Shown here: in pieces, positions 21,032 to 39,330 of the stretch
Position numbering within the stretch: position 1 is the stretch's first letter
Layout: each line of letters opens with the position of its first letter
Made by a program: the position numbers and the translations under genes
NCBI GenBank assembly: GCA_964016885.1
Contig: OZ024753.1
Coordinates: forward strand, 33,790,001-33,854,000
Direction: 5' to 3'
DNA length: 64,000 nucleotides
DNA from: Eledone cirrhosa
Lineage: Eukaryota
Notes under the pieces: generated by a model
What the model was told of the DNA's origin: nothing
Seen by the model: only the letters and a program-made list of their open reading frames with translations
Databases searched by the model: none

Positions 21032-21509
21032 GGGGATTCCTTTCTTTCTGTGCCTTTTCTTTCTTCTGTCCTACGCCATTTTGTTTCTGTGTGTGTGTTG
21101 TGTGCTCAGTTTGCGCATGCGCCACATCCGGGTGTATGTGTGTGTTTGTGTTCATTTATCTATTTGTTTATTTGTTGTTTGTGTTGTTTACATGTTATTG
21201 GGTTGGTTGTTTGTTCTATGTGTGTGTGTGTTTGCGTTTTGTCCTTAATTGTAAGTTGTGATGTTGCTGTTCCACTCATATTTTCTATTTAAATATGAAA
21301 ATATGAAAAAATATGAGTGGAACAGCAACATCACAACTTACAATTAAGGACAAAACAAAAACACACACACACATAGAACAAACAACCAACCAATAACATG
21401 TAAACAAACAAACAAACAATATATATAATGGTATAATAATGAAATAGTATGATAGAATATTAAATTCTAAGTGTTAATTGAACAAGTACTTTCATGCTTT
21501 CGCAATCTT

Positions 21510-26467
<4,958 letters not shown>

Positions 26468-26740
26468 AAAATATTAAAAAAAATATTAAAAAAATAATGA
26501 ATAAAACAATGAAACAGTTCCTTATATTAAACAAAAAAGTTCATTATCTTTTTTTGTTTAATATAAGGAACTGTTTCATTGTTTTATTCATTATTTTTTT
26601 AATATTTTATCTTGACTCTGTATTCCGTTTATCTTTCACCGAAAGTGATTTTTCATTGCATCTCTTCTTTCCATGATATCCGGATTACATTGAGTTCTTC
26701 ATACGGATTGGACACTACCGTAAACTCTTGGTAGATTTAT
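26468..26740. mobile_element. TA-embedded element starting with a ~60-bp-arm fold-back palindrome (~26480-26608)
   Basis: ataatgaataaaacaatgaaacagttccttatattaaacaaaaaag followed by its reverse complement around an ~8-nt loop. Confidence 0.6.
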
Positions 26741-26744
26741 CTAC

Positions 26745-26785
<41 letters not shown>

Positions 26786-28041
26786 CACATATATATATAC
26801 ATATATATATATACACATATATATATATACATATATATATATACACATATATATACATATATATATACACATATATATACATATATATATATACACATAT
26901 ATATACATATATATATATATACACATATATATACATATATATATATATACACATATATATACATATATATATATATACACATATATATACATATATATAT
27001 ATATACACATATATATACATATATATATATATACACATATATATACATATATATATATATACACATATATATACATATATATATATACACATATATATAC
27101 ATATATATATATATACACATATATATACATATATATATATACACATATATATACACATATATATACATATATATATACACATATATACATATATATATAC
27201 ATATATATATACATATATATACATATATATATATATACACATATATATACATACACATATATATACATATATATATACATACACATATATATACATATAT
27301 ATATACACATATATATACATATATATATATACACATATATATACATATATATATATACACATATATATACATATATATATATACACATATATATACATAT
27401 ATATATATATACACATATATATACATATATATTTATACACACATATATACATATATATATATATACAAATATATATATATACACATATATATACATATAT
27501 ATATATACACATATATATACATATATATATATACACATATATATACATATATATATATACACATATATATACATATATATATATACACATATATATACAT
27601 ATATATATATACACATATATATACATATATATATATACACATATATACACATATATATACACACATATATATACACATATATATACACATATATACATAT
27701 ATATATACATATATATTATACATATACATATATATACATATATATACATATATATATACATATATATACATATATATATACATATATATACACATATATA
27801 TACATATATATACACATATATATACATATATATACACATATATATACATATATATACACATATATATACACATATACATATATATATACATATATATATA
27901 TACATATATACATATATATATACATATATATATATACATATATATATACATATATATATATACATATATATATATACATATATATATATACATATATATA
28001 TATACATATATATATACATATATATATACATATATATATAC

Positions 28042-28076
<35 letters not shown>

Positions 28077-28089
28077 CATATATATATAC

Positions 28090-28122
<33 letters not shown>

Positions 28123-28237
28123 CATATATATATACATATATATATATATATACATATATATATACATACATATACATATATATATACATACATATACATA
28201 TATATATATATATACATATATATATACATACATATAC

Positions 28238-28272
<35 letters not shown>

Positions 28273-28290
28273 AATACATACATATATACA

Positions 28291-28324
<34 letters not shown>

Positions 28325-28340
28325 AATACATACATACAGA
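26741..28340. repeat. Degenerate (TA)n/(TACA)n array
   Basis: Direct inspection. Confidence 0.97.
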
Positions 28341-28947
28341 CAGACTCACTATATTTTATATCTTTAAATGGATATAAATATAGTGTGTGTAAATACAAAT
28401 TTATTTGTTGGTCTTTATATAAATATTCTTTCTTAGATATTTTATTTAATGAAAAATGAACACAAACTAATACATTCAGTGTATGTGAATGCTAAGTGGA
28501 TAATGGTGACCATGTTCGCTGATCCTCAGAGCATATAGTAAATTGCATATCATTGCGCATATCTCTTATCAATCTGTCACTTAAACTATCGCATGACTGG
28601 ATGACAACGTTCGGTGTCCATGTATAATCTATACTACTTGCAATGTTAGACATCAAATCATAAATCTAGCCATTTCAATATGCTGCCGCTCGTTCAGTAG
28701 AAATCAATAGAATGCGCACGGTATTCTTCTGTTACATGTGAATAGGTACAAACATCCATGTATTTACACAGATGTTTGTGACGTGTACTCGCACATAATC
28801 ACACACACACATACATACATACATACATACATACATACAGACATATATATATAAAGAGAGAGAGGGAATGTGAACGAGAGAGAGGAGTAAATAGATAGAT
28901 AGATAGATTCTACATATACGAGCATTATATATATATATATATATATA

Positions 28948-29146
28948 GGAACGAGTAAGACCCCGACGGCTGAGCTCAAGCCGTTTCGACGGCTAATTCT
29001 GGACTAAATGAAAATTTAGCCTGGTATATAAATAGCCGAGCTTCTCAAGGGGTAATTCCATATATGGTCAAAGTGATTGTCACAAGGATTGGTCACAAGT
29101 TAGTAGTAATTCTGTGATGCCATCACAGAATTACTACTAACTTGTG
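28948..29146 (-). mobile_element. TA-abutting element with a degenerate hammerhead and a 26-bp perfect fold-back end
   Basis: Palindrome 29094-29146; minus strand GAAAC-GGCT-tgagctc-AGCC-GTC-GGGG with upstream CCCC; related segment at 30772-30820. Confidence 0.6.
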
Positions 29147-29150
29147 GTCG

Positions 29151-29345
29151 TGGAGGTGCCACGGCAAAAAGCACCCAGCCTACACTGTAAAGTGGACGTG
29201 TAGGTGCCACGGAAAAAAAGCACCCAGAACTCACTGTAAATGAGGTTGATGTTGGGAAGGGCATCCATCTGTAGAAATCAAGCCAGAATCAGTTCCCGTC
29301 CCACCCTTGCAAGCGGGGAAAAGCGAACATAAAATGATGATGATA
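29151..29345 (+). mobile_element. SINE 3' portion (Deu/Nin-like motif, (ATG)n tail)
   Basis: ggtgccacgg..aaaagcacccag duplicated; gttgggaagggcatccatctgtagaaa; aaatgatgatgat tail. Confidence 0.6.
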
Positions 29346-29617
29346 TACTTGGATTCTAATTTTATAAAAAAGGAAAATATTCTTGAAGTTGTTCAGTGAA
29401 AGGGAAATAATATAAGGAAGTATGATATAAATAGATCTACTCTAAACATTGGAAGTGACTTCTACATTTGTAAACATCTCCATATATACTTAAAATTGGG
29501 ACTTTTTAAATGGCTTCTGTGATCTGCCGATGACTCACATCTCATTCACTCATTCCGTACACGTGTGTATATGTGATATGGATACTCACATATAAGTATA
29601 TGTAAGTGTGTATATAC

Positions 29618-29902
29618 ATGTGTGTGTGTCTGTGTGCGTGTGTGTGTCTGTCTGTCTGTGTCTGTCTGTCTGTCTGTCTGTGTCTGTCTGTCTGTCTGTG
29701 TCTGTCTGTCTGTCTGTGTCTGTTTGTCTGTCTGTCTGTCTGTGTGTCTGTATGTCTGTGTGTCTGTCTGTATGTCTGTCTGTGTGTCTGTGTGTCTGTG
29801 TCTGTGTGTCTGTGTCTGTATGTCTGTGTCTGTATGTCTGTGTGTCTGTCTGTCTGTCTGTCTGCCTGGTTGTCTGTCTGTCTGGTTGTGTGTGTGTGTG
29901 TG
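29618..29902. repeat. (TG)n/(TCTG)n compound microsatellite
   Basis: Direct inspection. Confidence 0.95.
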
Positions 29903-30615
29903 GAGAGAGATAAGGTGAGAAGAGAGACTGACTGACAGACAGACACAGAAATACGTATTCACGTAAATGTATACTCAGATGAACAAAAAAAAATACATAC
30001 TTGGATATTTGGACCTTCATACAAATATCGTTGCATGTAAGGCGACACGATACTTTCGTGAACATATATGATTTATTAATTTCGTGTGAAGCCTTAAGCA
30101 TGTAAAGTTCAGTGAATTTACCAAGAAACACAGCTCCACATCTCTAGGTAAATACCATACCTCGACATTAAAGTGTGTGTAACTTTATAAATATAAGACA
30201 ACCTGATGGGAAATGTAATTACTCGAAAACATCAATAGCAGAAGAGTGTTTGTGGAAATATATATTATTGTAGAATGAGTGTATTACTGATAAAAGAAAT
30301 CAGATCATACTATCAAATCTATATGATCAGGACGATAATAATCTTTGACACCATTGTCGTTGTCTTCATTTCCACCGGCATAATGGTCATTATCAATATA
30401 AATATCATAGTCGCCATTTAAAATCGTCAAGATCATAAATATCTGTTCTCCCTCACTCCACCCGCCTCCTCCTCACCATCACCAACATCTACATCTACAT
30501 CAGAATTATTTTATCTTACATATATTCAAGTGGACTATTACTTAGTTTTATATTGTTGTCAAGCACGCCGACACAAGCACACGTTTGAGGCAACGTTACA
30601 TCTATCTATTTATCT

Positions 30616-30649
<34 letters not shown>

Positions 30650-30666
30650 TATAGATATATATATAT

Positions 30667-30824
30667 GGTAGATAACAAAGGAGGTGTGGTAAGATACCAG
30701 GTGGACCATACCACACCAGAGTACTCACTATTTAGGGTAGTGGAGTGGGTAATATGAAAAGAGTTCGGATTTAGCTGTCGAAACGGCCGGAGCTCAGCCG
30801 TCGGGGTCCTGACTCTTTTCATAT
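30667..30824 (+). mobile_element. Short TA-embedded element related to 28948-29000 and 42896-42933
   Basis: gtcgaaacggccggagctcagccgtcggggtc matches 28.96 kb (inverted); gtggtaagataccaggtggaccata matches 42.9 kb (inverted); hairpin atatgaaaagagt/actcttttcatat. Confidence 0.55.
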
Positions 30825-31001
30825 ATATGGTAGATAGATAGATGTGCCGTTACCCTATATCTCAAGTGGAGTAAAGTGATTTGAAGAGGCGTCATTTGAA
30901 TACAGAACGTACCGTTGAAAATAAAGTGGAACGATTTCAATACATATTATTTCAATACTAGAAGAGAACATGTAAACACAATGTGTGGAAAAGAGTGGTG
31001 G

Positions 31002-31057
<56 letters not shown>

Positions 31058-31231
31058 TGGCTGCAAACTCTGCTAAGAGTGTTACAATCGCTTGTCAGAT
31101 TATAGAGTTTGGTGCACTTTTAGGCTAGGGCCAGCCACACGAACCTGTATCATATCCTGAACAAGCAATGCCTGTGCTTTGAATGTTTTTTAAGTGGGGA
31201 TGGATGGATACATACATACATACATACATAC

Positions 31232-31497
31232 GTGTTATATCAGAGTTTTCCTTCTCCTAGAATTCTGCCTTGACAAAGGCTAAGGGGTCATCTCTCCCGG
31301 TGATTTTGGATGGCCATTGACTCTTAAGAGCTCCTTTGCCCTTTGACAGGTTTTGTTTTTAGTCCTGCAGGATGTCCAAAGTCACCCTCCTCACCAAGAA
31401 ACCTTTGTGGGGTTGCCAGTTTAGTCGCCAACGACCCGACCATGAGACAGGTTGTACTGGGATACATGTTACCAGTAGCACTAAATGGTGACCTGAC
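31232..31497 (-). mobile_element. Probable LINE (RTE-type) 5' UTR fragment between (CATA)n runs
   Basis: Minus strand ...ggcagaattctaggagaaggaaaactctgatat resembles RTE 5' UTRs; ~75 bp recur inverted at 32047-32121. Confidence 0.5.
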
Positions 31498-31696
31498 ATA
31501 CATACATATATACATAAATATATACATACATACAAGCATGTAGACATATCTACTTAGTTGATGTGTAAATTCCAATGAGAAAGTTTTGTGTCTATGTTAG
31601 AAACCGACTCTCTCTCTCTCTATTAGTAAAAATTTGTGAAATTATAAAACCATAATAACATACATACATACATACATACATACATACATACATACA

Positions 31697-32121
31697 TGGT
31701 GGCTGCCAACTCGTTTTCGAGTACGGCCACTACTTTATATCCATGTAGGAGAACCCCTACCGATGCGCTGAACAAGTGTGACTTTTTAGTCCAGCCAGCG
31801 ACTTGAAAACTCTGGTACAAACACTACACTTGTGACAATTATTGACACATAGTGCTTTGCCTTTGGTACCATGTGACGACAAGTGCAGAGAGATCTCCAG
31901 ATACAAAGCAATGCCTGTGCCGTGAAGCTTTTATAGTGAGCAAAGGGACTGCACAAAGCCAGTCCCACTCTCTTAACCAAGATGATATTTACCAAAAAGA
32001 AGAACAAGTCAACATCATTGGATACCATCAGGGTTGCAGGTGTTATATCCAAAATCACCGGGAGAGATGACCCCTTAGCCTTTGTCAAGGCAGAATTCTA
32101 GGAGAAGGGAAACTCTGATAT
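31697..32121. mobile_element. Composite degenerate retroelement fragment between (CATA)n runs
   Basis: Shares aagcaatgcctgtgc with 31.16 kb and ends in an inverted copy of 31236-31311. Confidence 0.45.
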
Positions 32122-32181
32122 ACATACATACATACATACATACATACATACATACATAAAAAAATACATACATACAAAAAA

Positions 32182-33048
32182 AAAATTGACCAATTTACAG
32201 AGAAAGTTGTGCATGGATACTTGAGGCGTAAAACACAGACCATAGAGGGGATAAACCACTCAAAAAGCCTGGCATGGAGTTCCGACAAGTTTATGACATC
32301 ACACCTTGAGGGATATCTCTATGCAATACAGGAACAAGAACTCCCTACCAAATATCTGCTGCACAAAAGAGGAGGGCCAGCAGCTGACAATAAATGTAGG
32401 CTATGTAAAACAAAGATCGAGGATGTAAGCCACATTGTTGCCAGCTGCGAAAGAATGTCATCTCGCTACTACCTCCCCATGAGACACGATGGGATAGCTA
32501 GAACTATCTGGAACGCACTTCGGAAAACAAAATTAACAACAAACGAGGAAGAATATATTGAGACAGATGGCACTAAGGAATACTGGTGGAACCTGAAAAT
32601 AAAAACTGCCACCAAATTAAAGCACAACCGGCCTGATATTGTAGTTTGGGACCACACATTGAAAACGTGTTCTGTTGTGGAGATCAGCTGCCCACTTGAT
32701 GTAAACGTTGTCAGAAAAATACAGGAGAAGGAGGACATCTACGGACCATTGATGAGGAGCTTACAAATCCAGTATCCAAGATACACCTTTAGCTTCATAC
32801 CCATCATTATTGGTGCTACGGGTTATATACCAACCCGCTTGGACCAAAGTATGACCGAACTTGGATTTGCGGACAAAAAGCGCAGCTCCCTAATTCATAG
32901 TCTACAAATGGCTGCGATAGCTGGCACCTTCAAAATATGCAAAACATTCTTGCGATTCAAGGGATGACAATTTCTTTTCTTTTACAACCTTGCCACCAGG
33001 AAGGTGGCCGGTCAAAAAAATATACTCGAAATTAAGAGAAAGAGAAAA
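32182..33048 (+). mobile_element. 5'-truncated R4/Dong-like non-LTR retrotransposon (CCHC knuckle + restriction-like endonuclease); ORF remnant to 32967
   Basis: AIQEQ, CRLC..EDVSHIVASC, RHD, RPDIVV..VVEISCP, EKEDIY, PIIIGATG; flanked on both sides by (TACA)n. Confidence 0.88.
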
Positions 33049-33889
33049 CATACATAGATACATACATACATACATACATACATACATACATACATACATA
33101 CATACATACATACATACATACATACATACATACATACATACATACATCTTTCTCCTCCTTTATCATATCAATCATCTCACTCATTTCTCAACTGAGTCCG
33201 ATTTTCCATTCAAAATATATTCCTAAACTATTTTATATCCTTCATAGTTTTCCTCGAGACATTTGTTTATTACCATTCAAGATGTTACTTTTCTCTGTAT
33301 GAGAAATTCTTCCCTTGTGTGTTGGTTGTCTTTCATACAGCGACAGTTGTGATATAACGAAGGCTGGGCTATTTATAAATTTGACGTCAGGGAAGGCGCT
33401 CACTTCATTTAGTAACTTCGTATCGGAATAAATTTCATAAATATTCTGTTTGAATACGGGAAGATCTGTTTATCATAGACTGACAGCTCAGGACAGAAAT
33501 ATATAGGAAATATGTATGGATGCGTATCATCCTTCAATCCAATACCTAACTGCAGTTTCATTATATCATGTGGGCAATTAATATCGTTTCTCGTGAATAG
33601 TTTACCTGTATATTTTAGTTATATTTCCTTCACGAAGTACTGGTACTTCTTCCTGGTATGCTATTATTGTAGAAACAAAATAACGGTTTGCAGTGGATTT
33701 GAACTTTAATTTATGAACAAATAAAATAACCTTATACTTTGTGCACCCAACCATCTCCTTTCTGTATTCCAAATTATTAGGAAATGTTGGATAATGTTGA
33801 GAGACATACACTTAATCTAAAACATAACAAATACGAGAAGATCATTGCTGGAACGCCTTTATCTGTTTAATCAGCACTAACATAGGGCG

Positions 33890-34185
33890 ATTGACTTAGT
33901 GATCTAGGTGTTAGGCTTACAATTTTAATGTCACGACGTCTATTCCTGGCGAAGCGTTATGTCCTTGAGCAAGACATTTTATTTCACATTGCTGCAATCC
34001 ATTCATCTAGCAAAAATGGTTTGTATCTATAATTTAAAGGACCATTCTCGTCACACACTGTGGCATGCTGAATCTCACTTGAAGCTATGTTAAGATTGTA
34101 GGTTTCTGTGGAATATTCAACCACTTGCATCGTAATTTCACGAGCAAGCTATTCTGATGATCGAATTGGAAAGCTCGTTGACAGG
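33890..34185 (+). mobile_element. SINE family 2 (CORE-like), degenerate
   Basis: gtccttgagcaagacattttatttcacattgc; body matches 39050-39330 (-) and 51810-51965 (-). Confidence 0.65.
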
Positions 34186-34274
34186 AAGGGCAGAATGCCA
34201 ACACTGAGGGGTAATCAACAATCACACCCATGACAACATCAAACAAGTGTGTTGTTTACTTGTTTAAATTCAAC

Positions 34275-34336
<62 letters not shown>

Positions 34337-34514
34337 GTTCGCTTTAAAAAGTAATCGAAAAATTTGAAATGTTGATGCCCAAACGACAAATGTTGATGCC
34401 CAAAATGACAATAATAATAATCGATCACTAAATAGCTTTAAAATGTATATGTATATACATACATATATACACACACACATGTATATATATATGAACATAT
34501 GTAAGTATGTATAT

Positions 34515-34571
<57 letters not shown>

Positions 34572-34948
34572 TATGTGTATGCTTATACCTATATATATGT
34601 AAATGCAAATATGTACGCACATTCATACACATATATGCGTGTATATATATATATATAAGTAGAGAAGTATTCGTCGAAAAACAGGAAATCAAGATAATGT
34701 AAGTTAATACACAGGAAAGAGCCAGTGTTCGTGAATAATTGCTAGTGTTCTTTCATATACCTCTATATACTACGAACGCTACGATCGCTACGAACGCTAC
34801 GATCGCTCTGAATTCAATAAGTCATCTGAGACATTACAATATTTTTTATCTATCCTTCTATCTCTATCTGTCTTTGTTTTTCCCTTTCTTTCTATCACAC
34901 ACTATCTCCCTCAGTCTTTCTCTCTATCATACTGTCTTCCTCTGTTTT

Positions 34949-35245
34949 TATCTCCCTCTCTCTCTCTCTCGTCTTTCTGCCCCCCCCCCTCCCTCTTTAT
35001 CCTTCTCTCACTCTCCTCTTTCGCCAATGGACATATATACGCACGCACACACACACACACACACACTCACACACACATACACACTCATGTTATATTATCT
35101 CCCTTTCTCTCTCTCACTCGTCTTTCTGCCCCCCTCCTCCCTATTTATCCTTCTCTCACTCTCCTCTTTCGCCAATGGACAGATATACGCACGCACACAC
35201 ACACACACACACTCACACACACATACATACACACTCATGTTATAT
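34949..35245. repeat. Tandem duplication of ~145 bp
   Basis: tatccttctctcactctcctctttcgccaatggaca..acactcatgttatat occurs twice. Confidence 0.8.
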
Positions 35246-35518
35246 AATATAGTTTTATTGTATCATGCCATCATTAAATTTGTAGCTGCAGCTTATATAA
35301 TAACATCAACAACCAGAACAACAGCCGTAAAAACTATCGAAGCAATAATAACAATAATGGCGACTCTTTACTTTCAAATCCCATCGAGATCAACTTTTCC
35401 TTTCATCCTTTCGAGGTCAATAAAATACAATACTAGTAAAATTTTGGATCAATATGTTCGACTTTTCCCTTCTGATAAATTGCTCGCCTTATACTAACGT
35501 TAGAAAAAATTATTTCTT

Positions 35519-35830
35519 AGGGAGGTGGATTGGCCGTATCGGTAGAGGGTCGGAGGCCATGCTTTGCAGCAAAGAGTTACGGCCCTTTATGATCTGAGTT
35601 CAAATCCCGCCAGGGTTAACTTTGTCTTTCATCCTTACGGGGGTCGATAAAAGAAAGTACCAGTAATGCACTGGAGTAATTGCTGACCTTGTGCCAAAAG
35701 TAGAAATAATTATTATTTTCTACTAATCCCGCTGAGGTCAATAAAATAAAGTACCAGTAATGCACTGGGGTCAATTTAATCGATTTGTTCCTCGCGCACC
35801 AAAAAATTGTTGGCCTTTTACCTATAGAAA
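35519..35830 (+). mobile_element. Family-1 SINE plus a second 3' fragment
   Basis: Same head, core and tail as the array unit. Confidence 0.85.
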
Positions 35831-38152
35831 TCATTTTCTCCGCCTTTCCTTCTCCTCTCCTCCTTGTGGCTGTTAAAGCTACTGTTGTTGCATTGTTAGG
35901 GATGAAGGATGTTGCTTTTCGTTATATTATATATATATAGGTGTGTGTGTGTGTGTGTGTGTGTGTAGTTGGTGAGTAATTAAATACAAAAATAATGTGT
36001 TTGCTCTGTTTTATACCGAGTCAAAAGGCAACACATGTAAAGCACTTTCTATGGTATATTATTACGCCTACACCACCCCAGTAAAAACAAAACACGCTTT
36101 TTTTCGGTCTATGATGTTCATAAATTGGTTTTACTTCCAAACTACTTCAAAGAGAATGGAAACATTATAAGAATCGATCTTAGTAATCTGACAACTAATT
36201 TTATCGGTCTTAATCTCCTCATCCACATTCTTCAAAGTGGTAATTTAAGTTTGGAGTATTTCATAAGTGTTTTCAGGTGCTTATTGGATAATAGTGTCCT
36301 CGGCAATCAGAAAAATAGCAGATAGTTAGAGATGGGGAGGGAGAGAGAGATGGAGGCAATTACAGTGGGAGTTCGGCTCCACTGTGTTCGGACTTGGTGT
36401 ACGTGTATGTGCATACTTACTGTCTTATCACACGTCTTCAGGCACACTGACAATGTGAAACTCTTTAACACCACTCCTTCCTCTCGAAACTCTCTACTAT
36501 CACACTAACTTACTGCATGTTAGAGATATTAGAGACTCGTTTTAAATGCCTTGTGGTAATTGTTGTAAATGTACGTACGTTGAGTTCAAATTTTAGCTTT
36601 GTTCTTCCGAAGATGATAAAAAAATGTACTAATCATGTACTGCAATCAATTCATCATCATCACTCTCCCTCGCTCTCTCTCTCTCTCTTTCTCATTCTCT
36701 GGAAGAGATCTGTTGTGTTCAAGCCTAGAGAGGGAACCTACACTACCACCCCACTAGACCCCCACCACCACAACCAAAAATCAGCAGCAACAACAATACA
36801 AATAATTTTATTCTCTCTCTCTGTCTCTCTCGTTTCTCTCATTCTCTGGAAAATATTTTTTGTGTTTAAGCCTAGAAGAGGGAATAGGCTCTGTCAGGTT
36901 TTAAATGGCCAAGTCACATCACGACACGCACCCCCTCGACATTATCAGGATTGTTGAGCCCACGCAGACAAAATAAAAGACCACCGAATATATTCACGTA
37001 CTTCCATATATATATTCACGTTCTCACAACAAACAGTTAAATCTCTCAATATCGCTACACGTGTTAGACGTCGAACTTTTTGCCGTATAGAAATGGGATT
37101 AGCCATCAACAGATTAAACACAATATGTCTTACCTTTAATTCATTTCTTTTGCTTCTCTTTCAACATCAGTAATCCACCGATTAAAACAAATAAAAAAAT
37201 AATCCACTTTATGTTAACAGTGTAAAAAAAGTCACAATCCACTTTATGTTAACATTGTATCGCTCTTCTTAGTCTATATTATTTTTGCTCCCTATGGAAC
37301 ATTGGGTAACGCTCGTCCTTGACATGTCTACCTCGCGGTGTACGCTCCCACTCGAGATAGACTTTCACTAGTCTCGTTGTTAAACAATTCTCGTTTTCCA
37401 CGAGATAAGATGTATTTTGATAAATATTACTAAAATGTTGTATTAATACAACTTCCAAAGAGTTCAACATTAGACGTTGTTGTTTTCTTAATGTTTAACT
37501 TTATTGTTGCTTGTATCTATATGATAGTCAATAATACATCATAGCTGTTATTTAGTATTTCCTAGATTTCAATTTGAAAACTTGGAGCGTAAGAGAAAAT
37601 ATTTTGCGGCATTTGTTCTCTCAGCGATTTGAGTTCAAATACTAACAAGGTCCTTTTTTTTATCCTTCCGGTATCGATAAAATAGAATGCCAGTTACGTA
37701 CTCGGCTTGATATAATCAACTTTCCTATTCCTCCAAATCATTGTGCCAATGCTAGAAAGAATTATTTAGTATTTCCTAGATTTAAATTTCAGTACGACAA
37801 AATGTCTTGTGGCATATTTTTTTCCGTCTCTTGGCGTTCTGAGTTCAAATTCCACCGATGTCAATTTTAGTTTTGATTTAAGAAAATACATTACCAGGAA
37901 TCTTTAAAACGTCGTCGAATAGGCTACCTTGCTGTATTTGTTCTGGATGTTTGCATTCTGAGTTTAAATGCTGCGGTGGCTTACTTAGTTTGTGTGCTTA
38001 ATACCATTATCACACTTGCCTTTTGCAGAGCCCATTTTGTCGCAAGTATTCAGACTAGGTCTCCATTTTGAATATACTTTCTTCTGTCCCTGGATTTCAG
38101 TTACCTAAAATATCCCAAATGCCTTTGAAATTGTTCCCAAAATGTTCTATGC

Positions 38153-38422
38153 CAGTGCTTCCCATATTTATTTTGTCGCGGTACCTCTTACAATTTAAAA
38201 ATTAAAATGAGGAATCTATACCTATATTTCATTGGGGAAAACGACCAGCTTAATCAAAATAAGACATTATATTAAACAAAACTTGTTTCGGAAAGAATCT
38301 ATTCATAAAAAATATAAAGTTTTATTACTTTTCTTTCTCAAACGTCATCTCATATCGCGGAATCCCAAGATTTTTTTCTTGGAATCCTGGTATTTTTCGG
38401 AACGCACTTTTGGTAAACACTG
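38153..38422. mobile_element. Old hAT/Charlie-like MITE
   Basis: Imperfect TIRs cagtgcttccca / tggtaaacactg, internal ggaatcc motifs as in the 48.3-kb MITE; TSD decayed. Confidence 0.5.
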
Positions 38423-39049
38423 GTCTGGGCTTTTGAGTTTGTATGGAAAAGATTAAACTATTCCATCCATTCATGAGAAATTCAGTAATTGTATTCTATA
38501 TACACTACCCAATAAAAAATCTATACCTCGTCTGCAAAGTCTTGAGTGCTTAGTAGTCATCATTCTAAAGTATTGTTCAAATATATATTGAATAAAAGAG
38601 GTAATTCTTATTACAGATTAAGTATTTTAATGTCTTTAACTATTTAAGTATTAATAGTTTATAGTCTGTAGCTATACTTAAATCATTCAAAACTGAAATC
38701 TTTATAGTTTCATCATCTTCTATTCCTCCTTCTATTTAGATCAGATGTTGCATTGTCTATTGGTTGTATTCGTATGTTTCTTATATAATCTAATATATAC
38801 ACTCATCTATTATTAATTTTGTCCTCGTAGTTTTCCTATTAGACATCGATTATCCGAACCAGACGAGCTACGTGAATGAAGACACCACTAGGTTTGCAAA
38901 CCACTTAAATCATTCATTTTGTCAGTCATCTTTATGTGTTAATTATACTTTAACACAACTAGGAAATCGATAGACACGGAATACATTCAATAATAATAAC
39001 CAAAGAAATATGATCATCGCTCCACTGTCGGTATGTTCAGCCTCCGTCG

Positions 39050-39330
39050 GTTCCGACGAAGAGTGTTTCCATCATTTGATCAACGGAACAGCCTGCACGT
39101 GAAAATAAAATGCAAATGTCGAATATTCCACAGATATGTATACATTTAAAGTAGCTCTCAGGGAGATTCAGTATGTCATATGTGTAACACGACTGGTTCT
39201 GTAAATTATAGGTACAACTCCCATTTCTCCAGCTGAATGGATTAGAGCAACGTGGAATAAAGTGTCTTGTTGAAGGACACAACAGGCTACAAAGAATTGA
39301 ACTCACGGCTTCACGTGAGCCGAGCACCCC
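39050..39330 (-). mobile_element. SINE family 2, degenerate
   Basis: Reverse complement of the 33.9-kb copy (gagcaacgtggaataaagtgtcttgttgaaggacacaac). Confidence 0.65.

Larger units (their letters stand above)
16701..21420 (-). mobile_element. Penelope-like retroelement (RT + C-terminal GIY-YIG; Naiad/Neptune-like) inserted in TA repeats, with pseudo-LTRs and a 5' inverted repeat
   Basis: ORF motifs, hammerheads at both ends, inverted repeat 21184-21284 / 21308-21407, TA arrays on both flanks. Confidence 0.9.

Noticed and set aside
28503-28676. Short minus-strand open frame (IYDLMSNIAS...DMQFTICSED)
   Set aside because: No good splice sites or start; cannot be linked to the other candidate exons.
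28948-30820. One 1.9-kb element bounded by ~50-bp TIRs
   Set aside because: The interior is unrelated SINE, microsatellite and unique DNA; two independent opposite-orientation insertions explain it more simply.
31410-31497. HDV-like ribozyme in the RTE-type 5' UTR
   Set aside because: P2/P4-like pairings (ccagt/actgg, gtcg/cgac) are visible, but I could not build a valid P1/P3/L3 by eye; needs a descriptor search.
33250-33811. Short minus-strand open frames in unique DNA
   Set aside because: No recognisable motif and weak splice signals.
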